A stretch of 62,884 nucleotides of DNA, counting the filler. It is 4 parts of 4 records of this genome, joined end to end, with 100 filler letters (N's around TTAATTAATTAA, not from the genome) between each part and the next. Parts side by side here need not be neighbours in the genome. Positions count along the whole stretch, not along the records: positions 1 to 19,870 come from DRR723986_5817; 3 more parts are not named here. The stretch is one strand, 5' to 3'. Shown piece after piece: positions 1 through 9,394 of this stretch; the first letter of the stretch is position 1; each line of letters opens with the position of its first letter. The notes beneath the pieces were generated by a model. The model was not told where the DNA came from. It was given only the letters and a program-made list of their open reading frames with translations, and did not search any database. The position numbers and the translations under genes are program-made.

Positions 1-10
1 GAGTTCTAAT

Positions 11-65
11 GTGTTCTCGATACATCCCGTATCGGCAGAGCCGATACGAGACACTCGAACAAACC
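11..65. repeat. REP-like palindromic element at contig start
   Basis: Perfect hairpin CGTATCGGC-AGA-GCCGATACG (28-48) nested in TCTCGATAC...CACTCGAAC flanks. Resembles intergenic palindromes of Flavobacteriales; lies at a contig break downstream of dnaE. Confidence 0.5.
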
Positions 66-123
66 TTGTGTACTAGATAAAGAGGATTTCTTACTTAAAG
101 CTTTATGTATCCTCCCTTTAATC

Positions 124-3100
124 CTACTCCACTGAATATTCAAACACATTCATTTCCTCAACCTTATCGATAAAGGCGTTATCGACAGCCACTTTAATGG
201 TGCGTGATGGCATTCGGATTTCAGACTTCGTTTTATGATCTTTAATCACAAACTTCAATGAACAATTCCCGGTATGCTCTTGTGTTAAATGATACAAATC
301 ATCAATCAAATTATCCGTTAAATCTGAAGATTCTACAGCCAAGGTCAATGAGCGAGCTCGCTTTTCTCTTAGTTCAGTAAGTAACTCCATATTGGTCACT
401 TTGAACTCCATTTCATCACCGTATTTCTTCTTCTGAACTCGTCCGGTTAAATGAACAAACGTTCCTAATGAAATCATGTGCTTAAAACGCATATAATCTT
501 CTCCAAAGATGAATAAACGTTGACTATCTGAATAATCTTCTATATCAAAGGTTCCGAAAGGATTACCGTGCTTCGTTGTTCTGTGTTGCGCATCTGTAAT
601 GATGCCAGCCATTTTCAATTCCTTGTTGGCAAACTTCTCTAGCTGAATGATGTTTGAAACGGAAGCATTACAGAAACTTTTCATTTCTAATTTAAAATCA
701 TCTAGCGGATGCCCGGAGATGTAAATACCCACCACCTCTTTTTCTTTACTCAACTTTGTTAGCGTTGGCCACTCTTCTATTGCAGGTGGTTGTGGCTGAG
801 GCACATCCTCACTATTCGCTTCACCGAACATAGAAACTTGAGACGAATCTTTATTCTCTTGCACTCTTGCACCGAATTTGATCACGTTCTCTAAGAACAT
901 TTTTTTATTGGTGTCTTCAGCAAAGAATTGTGCTCTGTGAATTTGCTTGAATGAATCAAAGCCTCCCGCTAACACCAAGCTCTCAAAAACTCTTTTGTTA
1001 CAAGCTCTTAAACTGACACGTGAGGCCATATCAAAAATCGATTTGAACCAACCATTTTCGTTGCGCTCTGCAAGAATTGCCTCAACAGGTTTAGATCCGA
1101 CACCTTTTACAGCACCTAATCCAAATCGGATTGCACCTTCTTTATTTACCGTAAACTTATACTGTGATTCATTGACATCTGGCCCGAGTACAGGAATTCC
1201 GGCTCGCTTACATTCTTCCATAAAGAACGAAACTGACTTGATGTCATTCATGTTATTTGAAAGCACAGAGGCCATATATTCTGCCGGATAATGTGCTTTT
1301 AGATAGGCCGTTTGGTAGGCAATCCAAGCATAACAAGTAGAGTGTGATTTATTGAAGGCATAGGATGCAAAAGCTTCCCAATCCACCCAAATTTTTTCTA
1401 ATACTGCCTTGTCGTGACCGTTTTCAGCTCCTTGATCTAAGAACTTCGGCTTCATTTTCGCCAACAGGTCCAACTTCTTTTTACCCATTGCTTTACGCAA
1501 GGTATCTGCTTCACCTTTAGAGAATCCAGCTAACTTTTGAGAGAGCAACATTACTTGCTCTTGATAAACAGTAATTCCGTAAGTTTCTTCTAAATATTCT
1601 TTGGTCGCTTCTAAATCATAAACGATTTCTTCAGTACCATGTTTTCTTCGGATAAACGAAGGGATATACTCAAGAGGCCCTGGTCTATACAAGGCATTCA
1701 TGGCAATCAAATCGGCAAAAACAGTCGGTTTTAATTCTCTTAAGTACTTCTGCATTCCGGCAGATTCATACTGGAATATCCCAACCGTTTCACCTCTTTG
1801 GAATAATTCATACGTTTTTTCATCATCTATTGGAAAATCGTCAGGCACCAATTCAACGCCGTGCCTTTCTTTAACGATTTTCACCGCATCCTTAATGAGC
1901 GTCAGGGTTTTCAGCCCCAAGAAATCCATCTTCAACAAGCCCGCATCTTCAGCAACAGAGTTGTCGAATTGTGTGCAGTACATGTCAGAATCTTTTGCCA
2001 ATGCTACCGGAACGAAATTCGTGATATCGTCAGGCGTTATAATTACGCCACAGGCATGAATTCCAGTGTTTCGCATAGATCCCTCTAACAAAACTGCCTG
2101 ATTCACTACCTCAGCCTGAAGGTCTGAACCTTTTGCCGTTTCTTTTAACTGATTGGCTTTCTCAATATCATCTTGATTGTTCTTCAGCTTATCAGCCAAA
2201 GCAACATCATCCAAACCAAAAATCTTGTTCAGTTTGATGTCTGGAACTAATTTCGCTAATCGGTCAGCTTCATAGAGCGGTAAATCAAGTACTCTTGACG
2301 TATCTCGGATAGATGACTTTGCCGCCATTGTACCGTAAGTAATAATCTGTGCAACCTGATTAGATCCGTATTTTTCAATCACCCAATCAATAACCGATTG
2401 ACGACCTTCATCATCAAAATCAATATCGATATCCGGCATGGATACACGCTCGGGATTTAAGAAACGCTCAAATAGCAAATCATACTTCAGCGGGTCGATA
2501 TTGGTAATCTTTAGACAGTAGGCAACTACTGAACCTGCAGCTGATCCCCTTCCTGGCCCAACAGATACTCCCATTTCTCTAGCAGCCACCAAGAAATCCC
2601 AAACAATCAAAAAATAACCTGGATATCCTGTATTTGCTACCGTTTCTAATTCGAAATCTAATCGTTCAGCAATTTCTGGAGTAACTTCACCATAGCGCAT
2701 TTTAGCACCTTCATAGGTTAGGTGACGCAGATAATTATTCTCACCTCTTTTCCCTCCATCTTTCTCGTCTTCCTCATCTCTAAATTCATCAGGAATATCA
2801 AAGGCAGGGAGTAATATTTCTCGAGCCAACTGATAAGGTTCACATTTGGCCGCAATTTCATTGGTATTTTCAATTGCAGAAGGCAAATCAGAAAACAACT
2901 TCTTCATCTCCTCAGGAGACTTAAAATAATATTCTTGATTTTGTAATCCGTATCTGAATCCTCTACCTCTTCCAATTGGTGTAGATTTTAACTCACCATC
3001 TTTGATACACAGCAAAATATCGTGTGCCTCGGCATCTTTTCTATCTAGATAAAACGTGTTGTTTGTGGCAACAATTTTTATATCGTGTTTTTTGTGGAAT

Positions 3101-4491
3101 TCAAGAAGAGTTTCGTTTACACGATCTTCTTCAGGTAAGCCGTGTCGAATAATTTCTAAATAAAAATCATCTTGGAACTGCTCTTGCCACCAAAGCAATG
3201 CTTCTTCGGCTTGCTTCTCCCCTACATTAAGTATTTTGCTGGATATTTCTCCATTTAAACCTCCTGACAAAACAATGATATCTTCCTTGTACTGCTCAAT
3301 TACGGTCCGATCGATACGTGGGATATAGTAAAACCCTTCAGTAAACGCAATAGACGACATTTTTGCCAAGTTGTGGTAACCTTTTTTATTCTTCGCTAGC
3401 AATACTACTTGATATCCGTTGTCTTTATTTGATTTATCCAAATGATCTTGGCAAACATTAAATTCGCAACCAACGATTGGAATAAGCGGCTGTTTATTGA
3501 AAACTGTTCCATTAGCCTCTGCCTCTGCCTTCTCTTTCTCTAAAGCTTTGTTGTATTTATTAATGTCAGAAACAAAATGGAAGGCCGCCATCATATTCCC
3601 AGAATCAGTAAGGGCTACAGCAGGTGAGCCATGTTCTCCTGCCTTTTTTACCAGGTTACTAATTTTTATCGTTGATTGAAGAATTGAAAACTGTGAATGA
3701 TTGTGTAAATGCGTAAAGGGTACATCCTTTAATCTGTCAAGGTTTTCGTTGATTTCTACAACCGGAGTTACTTCTTCTGGTTGATTTCTTTTCCGAATCT
3801 TCTCACTCTCCTCTTTCAAGTTCATGTGCTTCAACCCAACAGATTCAATGGGTTGAGGATGCTTTTCTAAGAAATCGTTGATGTAATTATCAGAAGCCTC
3901 TAGTTCTTGCTCGGAGAAATTACCAGTTCGTAAAAGTTCAAAGAAACATCTTGTTGTTGCTTCAACGTCAGCGGTTGCATTGTGTGCCTCATCAAAAGGT
4001 ACCTTAAACAAGAACTCATGCAACTCAGTCAAAGTAGGTAATTTGAACTTTCCACCTCTTCCACCTGGTATTTGGCATAACAAGGCTGTTTTTTCAGTAC
4101 AGGTATCCAAAACGGGCATATTCGCCATTTCAGAATCCACATTCAATCTGAAAAACTCACATCCCATTACGTTAACATCAAAACCAACGTTTTGACCGAC
4201 TACAAACTTTGATTTTGCGAGTGCTGCATTAAATTCTTCGAGCACTTCTGCTAATGGAACACCTTGTTCTAATGCCAGTTCGGTTGAAATTCCATGAATT
4301 TGTTCAGATTCAAAAGGAATATTAAAGCCTTCTGGTTTAATCAGAAAATCTTTGTGTTCTAGTAGAGTGCCATCAGCATCATGAACTTGCCAGGCTATTT
4401 GAACGCAACGAGGCCAATTATCAGTATCTGTAATTGGTGCATTCCATTTCTTTGGTAAACCAGTAGTTTCGGTATCAAATATGATGTACAT
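124..4491 (-). CDS. dnaE: DNA polymerase III alpha subunit with N-terminal DEDDh 3'-5' exonuclease (epsilon-like) fusion
   Basis: N-terminal FDTETTG...HNATADV exonuclease motifs; PHP domain (HLHNHS); GPGRGSAAGS, PDIDIDF, KMDFLGL, YAFNKSH; C-terminal OB fold. Confidence 0.98.
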   Translation of the reverse strand: MYIIFDTETTGLPKKWNAPITDTDNWPRCVQIAWQVHDADGTLLEHKDFLIKPEGFNIPFESEQIHGISTELALEQGVPLAEVLEEFNAALAKSKFVVGQNVGFDVNVMGCEFFRLNVDSEMANMPVLDTCTEKTALLCQIPGGRGGKFKLPTLTELHEFLFKVPFDEAHNATADVEATTRCFFELLRTGNFSEQELEASDNYINDFLEKHPQPIESVGLKHMNLKEESEKIRKRNQPEEVTPVVEINENLDRLKDVPFTHLHNHSQFSILQSTIKISNLVKKAGEHGSPAVALTDSGNMMAAFHFVSDINKYNKALEKEKAEAEANGTVFNKQPLIPIVGCEFNVCQDHLDKSNKDNGYQVVLLAKNKKGYHNLAKMSSIAFTEGFYYIPRIDRTVIEQYKEDIIVLSGGLNGEISSKILNVGEKQAEEALLWWQEQFQDDFYLEIIRHGLPEEDRVNETLLEFHKKHDIKIVATNNTFYLDRKDAEAHDILLCIKDGELKSTPIGRGRGFRYGLQNQEYYFKSPEEMKKLFSDLPSAIENTNEIAAKCEPYQLAREILLPAFDIPDEFRDEEDEKDGGKRGENNYLRHLTYEGAKMRYGEVTPEIAERLDFELETVANTGYPGYFLIVWDFLVAAREMGVSVGPGRGSAAGSVVAYCLKITNIDPLKYDLLFERFLNPERVSMPDIDIDFDDEGRQSVIDWVIEKYGSNQVAQIITYGTMAAKSSIRDTSRVLDLPLYEADRLAKLVPDIKLNKIFGLDDVALADKLKNNQDDIEKANQLKETAKGSDLQAEVVNQAVLLEGSMRNTGIHACGVIITPDDITNFVPVALAKDSDMYCTQFDNSVAEDAGLLKMDFLGLKTLTLIKDAVKIVKERHGVELVPDDFPIDDEKTYELFQRGETVGIFQYESAGMQKYLRELKPTVFADLIAMNALYRPGPLEYIPSFIRRKHGTEEIVYDLEATKEYLEETYGITVYQEQVMLLSQKLAGFSKGEADTLRKAMGKKKLDLLAKMKPKFLDQGAENGHDKAVLEKIWVDWEAFASYAFNKSHSTCYAWIAYQTAYLKAHYPAEYMASVLSNNMNDIKSVSFFMEECKRAGIPVLGPDVNESQYKFTVNKEGAIRFGLGAVKGVGSKPVEAILAERNENGWFKSIFDMASRVSLRACNKRVFESLVLAGGFDSFKQIHRAQFFAEDTNKKMFLENVIKFGARVQENKDSSQVSMFGEANSEDVPQPQPPAIEEWPTLTKLSKEKEVVGIYISGHPLDDFKLEMKSFCNASVSNIIQLEKFANKELKMAGIITDAQHRTTKHGNPFGTFDIEDYSDSQRLFIFGEDYMRFKHMISLGTFVHLTGRVQKKKYGDEMEFKVTNMELLTELREKRARSLTLAVESSDLTDNLIDDLYHLTQEHTGNCSLKFVIKDHKTKSEIRMPSRTIKVAVDNAFIDKVEEMNVFEYSVE

Positions 4492-4597
4492 CTGCGCTCT
4501 TCTCTTCGATTAAATTCAGGACTCTAAATTAATGAGAATGGCAGTAAAATGGAATAGAAAAAAAGGAATGTTATTAACAGCTTTGAAACAGTTAGGC

Positions 4598-4634
4598 ACA
4601 AAAAAACCCTGACAACTCAGTGAGTGTCAGGGTT
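4598..4634 (-). terminator. Rho-independent terminator
   Basis: AACCCTGACA/TGTCAGGGTT stem with T-tract on the minus strand, just after the lipoprotein stop. Confidence 0.75.
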
Positions 4635-4657
4635 AATTTATGTAATGACTAAAACTC

Positions 4658-5428
4658 TTATTTGTGAGTTAAAGTAATAGTTACGTCCATTGTGTAATTG
4701 TCATCAGCAGTTGTAGTTGAACCACTTGAATTTGTTACAGTTGTAGAACCTGAATTCTCTCTGAACATTTTAACAATCATTTCTTTTCCTTTCAATTGAT
4801 CAATTTCCCAAGTATCAGAAACTTCTCCACTATGATAGTTATCAGTTCCACCCCAAGTATCACCTACAGTAGTGTTTGAGTTACCATTGTCATCAGAAAT
4901 AACAGATGTTGTTTGATCTGTATAAGTTGAAGTCAAGACATTCAAAATCATTCTTTCTTTATTCTTATACTCTCCTGCTTTATCTTTTCCAACAAAGCTC
5001 CAAGATCCATTAGAATTGTTAGTTGTTACAGTCGTATTTGTTGTAGTCCAACCAGCAAACGGATAATCCTCTTCTGTATCAACAGTTGTTCTGTTGTTTA
5101 CTGAAGACCAAGTTCCATCTTTTTCGAAAGTAAATGACCACTCATCTACAGTTGAAGTCGTTGAAGTTGGATTAGTTGTAGTTCCACCACTTACATTTGT
5201 GTAAGAAGTAGTAATTGTTGAACCACTTAATGTAGTATTTGAAGCTTGAGTATCTCCATCAGTCTCAGCATTTAAAGTATTCGCTTCGTATCCAGTAACA
5301 GTCCACTCTCCAGCAACTCTTGCAGTTCTAGATGATAAACTTAAAGCCGGGTCGTTTTCTCCTTTTTTACAAGAAGGGGTAGCTAACAATAAACCTGCAG
5401 CTGCAAACATTAAAATCGTTTTTTTCAT
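4658..5428 (-). CDS. Thr-rich lipoprotein (lipocalin-like beta-barrel, Bacteroidota type)
   Basis: Start reassigned to MKKTILMFAAAGLLLATPS-CKK (lipobox); ARVAGEW, FEKDGTW, GSWSF and WEIDQLKGKEM motifs. Confidence 0.75.
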   Translation of the reverse strand: MKKTILMFAAAGLLLATPSCKKGENDPALSLSSRTARVAGEWTVTGYEANTLNAETDGDTQASNTTLSGSTITTSYTNVSGGTTTNPTSTTSTVDEWSFTFEKDGTWSSVNNRTTVDTEEDYPFAGWTTTNTTVTTNNSNGSWSFVGKDKAGEYKNKERMILNVLTSTYTDQTTSVISDDNGNSNTTVGDTWGGTDNYHSGEVSDTWEIDQLKGKEMIVKMFRENSGSTTVTNSSGSTTTADDNYTMDVTITLTHK

Positions 5429-5507
5429 TTGTTTAAATTTTGATTTATTTTTTTTTAGTAAACGCAAATGTAACCAAAAGGTTTGGTCTTTAAAAATTTG
5501 AGCCCAC

Positions 5508-5543
5508 AAAAAAAGCCGCTAATGCATTGCGAATTAGCGGCTT
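5508..5543 (-). terminator. Rho-independent terminator after peroxiredoxin
   Basis: AAGCCGCTAAT/ATTAGCGGCTT stem with A7 on the plus strand (T-tract on minus). Confidence 0.75.
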
Positions 5544-5564
5544 ATTTGTTAAAAAATATTAAAT

Positions 5565-6197
5565 CTAGTTGTTCGATAGATACTCAGCAACACCATCAAA
5601 TGAAGCTTTCATCCCTTCTTTCCCCTCGCTCCAGTTAGCTGGACAAACTTCACCATTTTCTTCAAAGAATGTCAATGCATCCACCATTCTTAGCGCTTCA
5701 TCAACATTTCTACCCAATGGTAAATCATTTACCAATTGATGACGAACTACTCCGTTTTTATCAATTAAGAACAATCCTCTGTATGCAATCATTGTGTTCG
5801 TTGCAATCAATTCACCTTCCGGTGTATAATCATACTCTCCTAATAACACATCATATGCGTCAGAAATTGTTTTGTTAGTATCTGCAACAATTGGATATTT
5901 TACACCTTTAATTCCACCGGCATTTTTCTCCATTTGTAACCATCCCCAGTGCGACTCTTCTGTATCTGTTGAACAAGCAACAACTTTGGTTCCCTTTGCT
6001 TCGAACTTATCTAAAGCCGCCTGAAACGCGTGTAATTCACTCGGACAAACAAACGTAAAATCTTTTGGATAAAAGAATAAAATAACATTGTTTTTCCCTA
6101 TGAATTGATCCAATGAATAATCTTGAACTATCTCCCCTCCGTTAACAACAGCTGGTGCTGAAAAAGAAGGTGCTTTCTTTCCTACTAATACTCCCAT
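5565..6197 (-). CDS. ahpC: 2-Cys peroxiredoxin (AhpC/TSA)
   Basis: FYPKDFTFVCPSE peroxidatic motif, GRNVDE, resolving VCPANW. Confidence 0.95.
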   Translation of the reverse strand: MGVLVGKKAPSFSAPAVVNGGEIVQDYSLDQFIGKNNVILFFYPKDFTFVCPSELHAFQAALDKFEAKGTKVVACSTDTEESHWGWLQMEKNAGGIKGVKYPIVADTNKTISDAYDVLLGEYDYTPEGELIATNTMIAYRGLFLIDKNGVVRHQLVNDLPLGRNVDEALRMVDALTFFEENGEVCPANWSEGKEGMKASFDGVAEYLSNN

Positions 6198-6304
6198 TTT
6201 TTTAATTATTTTTTAGTTATTAAATTCTAATTTGATACAAATTTACACGAAATTCCGACACAAAATAATCGAATTAATTTATGACAGAATAGAGATAATT
6301 TATC

Positions 6305-7003
6305 TTATGCCATCAAGCTTCCAGCAACGAAACCCAAAATAATCGCAAACAATTTCAGGATATTCAACTTATGCCCCTCACTCGATTCAAAAATAATGGT
6401 GGTTGAAATATGAAGGAACATTCCTATCGCAATAGCCAAAATCCATCCTGGATCAATACTCAGTAATTCAAGAATAGGTTCTCCAACTAACAATCCTAGA
6501 GGAGCGGTAAGTGAGAAAATAAGCAAGTAGATCCAAGATTGAAGATTCGAAAACCCTGATACTTTAAAAATAGTTTTAAGCGCCACAGCTACTGGGATTT
6601 TATGTAGAAAAACGCCCCAAAACAAATCGTCAACATGATGATGACCATGATGATCTAACGGAATCGATTCAATGAAAGAATGGATTGCAAGTGAAAAGAA
6701 TATTGCCAAGGGAAAAACCTTTTTGGTACTTTCATGAACATGGGTATGGCCATGTTCGGCACCTTGAGAAAAATACTCTAAAATCAGTTGTAACAAAAAT
6801 CCAATTAAAATGAAGTAACCCGTTCTCGTTCCAGCCTCAGAATAAGTTTCAGGTAAAATGTGTGTAAAAATGATGGTCAACAAAAATCCACCACTAAAAG
6901 ACAGTAATAATTTAAGATGAGAGGCTTTTTTGAATAAATCAACCAACACGCCTCCTATAATCACCGAGCCAATTAAGGCAACTATTTTTATCCAAAAATC
7001 CAT
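6305..7003 (-). CDS. ZIP family metal transporter
   Basis: Multi-TM; EHGHTHVH loop; IHSFIES and LHKIP motifs. Confidence 0.85.
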   Translation of the reverse strand: MDFWIKIVALIGSVIIGGVLVDLFKKASHLKLLLSFSGGFLLTIIFTHILPETYSEAGTRTGYFILIGFLLQLILEYFSQGAEHGHTHVHESTKKVFPLAIFFSLAIHSFIESIPLDHHGHHHVDDLFWGVFLHKIPVAVALKTIFKVSGFSNLQSWIYLLIFSLTAPLGLLVGEPILELLSIDPGWILAIAIGMFLHISTTIIFESSEGHKLNILKLFAIILGFVAGSLMA

Positions 7004-7734
7004 TAAGTGAGTTGAGCTTTAATAATCATTCTTTGAGAGTTCATTTCATCAAAATCACTTAAATCATAGTCACCATAAACTCCTATTAAATCAAATCCTG
7101 TTTTGTTTAACATCTCCTTAAAATCAGCCAATTTAAAGGCCTGTACTTTTTCCGAAAATAAATAATCAATTTCCTTATCAGTAAAGGTAATTTCTTTTGA
7201 GATGGTGTTTTGAACCAGTTGCTTGGTTATTTGAAATTCTATCCCTTCAGACACCACTACTTCTCTCATAGGAAGGTCTTTGATGATGTTTTTAGCATTC
7301 AAATAATCTATTACTAATATCCCTTCCTTTTTCAAGTACTTAGAAATTGCATGCAATACTTTCTCATTATCCTCTTGATTATCAAAATATCCAAAACTTG
7401 TAAACAAATTGAATACAACATCAAAGGGGCCATTTTCAACCGCATTTCGCATGTCATTGATTTCAAAAGTAAGTTGCTCGTTTTCGAAAGATTTAGCATG
7501 TTCAATGCTTTTCGCTGAAAGGTCAACCCCATGCACTCGGTATCCCAATTGGTTTAAATGAATGGCATGACGGCCTTTACCACAGCACAGATCAAGAATA
7601 AAAGCCTCTGGGCTAATGTTCAAGTTTGAGGTCAATTGCTCCACAAAATTGCGTGCCTCATTATGATCCCTATTCTTATAAAGAATATGATAATAAGAAG
7701 TATCAAACCATGACTCAAACCAATCTGACATCAA
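7003..7734 (-). CDS. Class I SAM-dependent methyltransferase
   Basis: ILDLCCGKGRH, GVDLS, NLFTSFGYF. Confidence 0.9.
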   Translation of the reverse strand: MMSDWFESWFDTSYYHILYKNRDHNEARNFVEQLTSNLNISPEAFILDLCCGKGRHAIHLNQLGYRVHGVDLSAKSIEHAKSFENEQLTFEINDMRNAVENGPFDVVFNLFTSFGYFDNQEDNEKVLHAISKYLKKEGILVIDYLNAKNIIKDLPMREVVVSEGIEFQITKQLVQNTISKEITFTDKEIDYLFSEKVQAFKLADFKEMLNKTGFDLIGVYGDYDLSDFDEMNSQRMIIKAQLT

Positions 7735-7747
7735 TTAAATTTTGCTG

Positions 7748-7826
7748 CAAAATTAATAACCTTTTCAGTATATCGGATAAAATACTCGTCCGAAACCAAA
7801 GTCGAATAAATAATTTTATATATTTG
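7748..7826. promoter_or_regulatory. Divergent Bacteroidota sigma-70 -7 elements
   Basis: TAATTTTG on the minus strand (7748-7755) before the methyltransferase and TATATTTG on the plus strand (7819-7826) before siaB; both match TAnnTTTG. Confidence 0.6.
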
Positions 7827-7842
7827 CCTTGCACCTAGGATT

Positions 7843-8388
7843 GTGGATAAAGTATTCGAAATATATAAACAGCTTGAAGAGAAGAACGTTCTACTCTCGT
7901 TTAAAGGCATGATTACCTCAGAATTGTTAACGACAATTTTGCAGATAATGGAGTCTAAAATGGACCACATGGACGAGAAACCAAAAGTAAAGCGTAAAGT
8001 ATTTAATATACTCGTAGAATGTTTACAGAATCTTTATCATCACATTGATCAAGAAGATATAGTGCACGTTCCGACAGAAGATAAATCGGCTTTACTCATG
8101 ATTGCTAAAGGTGATGGAGAATATACAATTACAACAGGTAATTACATGAAGTCTTCTGACATGGAGGTTTTGAAAACCAAATTAGATTTGGTGAACGGAA
8201 TGGATAAAGATGAGCTGAAAGCTTATTATAAAAAAGTTCTTAACGAGGGTTCATTGTCAAGCAAAGGAACTGCAGGATTAGGAATGATAGATATTGCAAG
8301 AAAATCTGGAGAGAAGTTAGATTATAACTTCACTTCAATTAATGAAATAACAACTTTTTTTAGTTTAGCTGTAAAAATAGCTGAGTAA
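7843..8388 (+). CDS. siaB: SiaB family protein kinase (GHKL-like)
   Basis: VFNILVECLQNLYHH, ITTGN and GTAGLGMIDIARKSG motifs; GTG start; directly upstream of siaC. Confidence 0.85.
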   Translation: MDKVFEIYKQLEEKNVLLSFKGMITSELLTTILQIMESKMDHMDEKPKVKRKVFNILVECLQNLYHHIDQEDIVHVPTEDKSALLMIAKGDGEYTITTGNYMKSSDMEVLKTKLDLVNGMDKDELKAYYKKVLNEGSLSSKGTAGLGMIDIARKSGEKLDYNFTSINEITTFFSLAVKIAE

Positions 8389-8401
8389 TTATACAATAAA
8401 T

Positions 8402-8785
8402 ATGGAAAATTTAACTTTAGAAGGATCAGCCAAAACACCAACTGTTAGCTTTGATAGTGACAACGGTGTGTTAGAATTAAAAGGACGATCAATTCCTGAA
8501 AATTCAATTGAATTTTACAAACCTCTAAATGATTGGATTGATGCATATGGTGCATCTCCAAAGCCAAATACTATTGTTGATGTTAAGTTAGAGTACTTTA
8601 ACACTTCATCTTCAAAATGTATTCTTGATTTATTCAAGCAATTAGAGAAATTGAATGCTGGAAACACTGAGGTAAAAGTGAACTGGTACTTTGAAGAAGA
8701 TGATGAGGATATGGAAGAAGCTGGTGAAGATTACCAGGCGATTATCGACCTTCCGTTCAAAATGATCGAAGTAGAAGAAATTTAA
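8402..8785 (+). CDS. siaC: SiaC family regulatory phosphoprotein (DUF1987)
   Basis: TPTVSFD, GRSIPEN, LEYFNTSSSK, VNWYFEEDDEDMEEAGED. Confidence 0.9.
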   Translation: MENLTLEGSAKTPTVSFDSDNGVLELKGRSIPENSIEFYKPLNDWIDAYGASPKPNTIVDVKLEYFNTSSSKCILDLFKQLEKLNAGNTEVKVNWYFEEDDEDMEEAGEDYQAIIDLPFKMIEVEEI

Positions 8786-8809
8786 GATCTAATATCGCCT
8801 GAGGGCGCT

Positions 8810-9394
8810 ATGGACAACATTATAACGATCGGGGTAACCGGTGGCATTGGTTCGGGCAAATCATTTGTTTGCGGAATCATTGAAGCCATGGGTTACCCCG
8901 TTTTTTATTCAGATTTTGAGGCTAAAAAACTACTAACTTCTGATAATGAACTAATTAGTGAAGTGAAATCGCTTTTTGGTGACGCTGCTTACCTCAACAA
9001 TGATTTAAATAAATCGTACCTGGCCACTCAAATATTTTCCCAGCCAATTCTTCGCGAAAAATTAAATGCCTTAGTTCATCCTAAAGTAAGAGCAGCTTTT
9101 AAAAGTTTTTGTGAATCAAGTAAATCAGCATTATGCTTTAATGAAGCAGCGATATTATTTGAAACGGATGCTTATAAAAACTTCGACTATACTATATTGA
9201 TTACTGCCCCGATTCAATTAAAAATTGATCGCTTGAAAAAACGTGATTCCGCTTCAATTGAAGAAATTCAAGCACGAATGAAGGCTCAGTGGAGTGACGA
9301 AAAAAAGGCCGAATTAGCAGACTTCATTATCGTCAATGACGAAGAGCAGCCGCTGCTAGAACAAATTACGACTATCCTAAATTCTATTCAATGA
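8810..9394 (+). CDS. coaE: Dephospho-CoA kinase
   Basis: GVTGGIGSGKS P-loop, LNALVHPKV, EAAILFE. Confidence 0.95.
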   Translation: MDNIITIGVTGGIGSGKSFVCGIIEAMGYPVFYSDFEAKKLLTSDNELISEVKSLFGDAAYLNNDLNKSYLATQIFSQPILREKLNALVHPKVRAAFKSFCESSKSALCFNEAAILFETDAYKNFDYTILITAPIQLKIDRLKKRDSASIEEIQARMKAQWSDEKKAELADFIIVNDEEQPLLEQITTILNSIQ

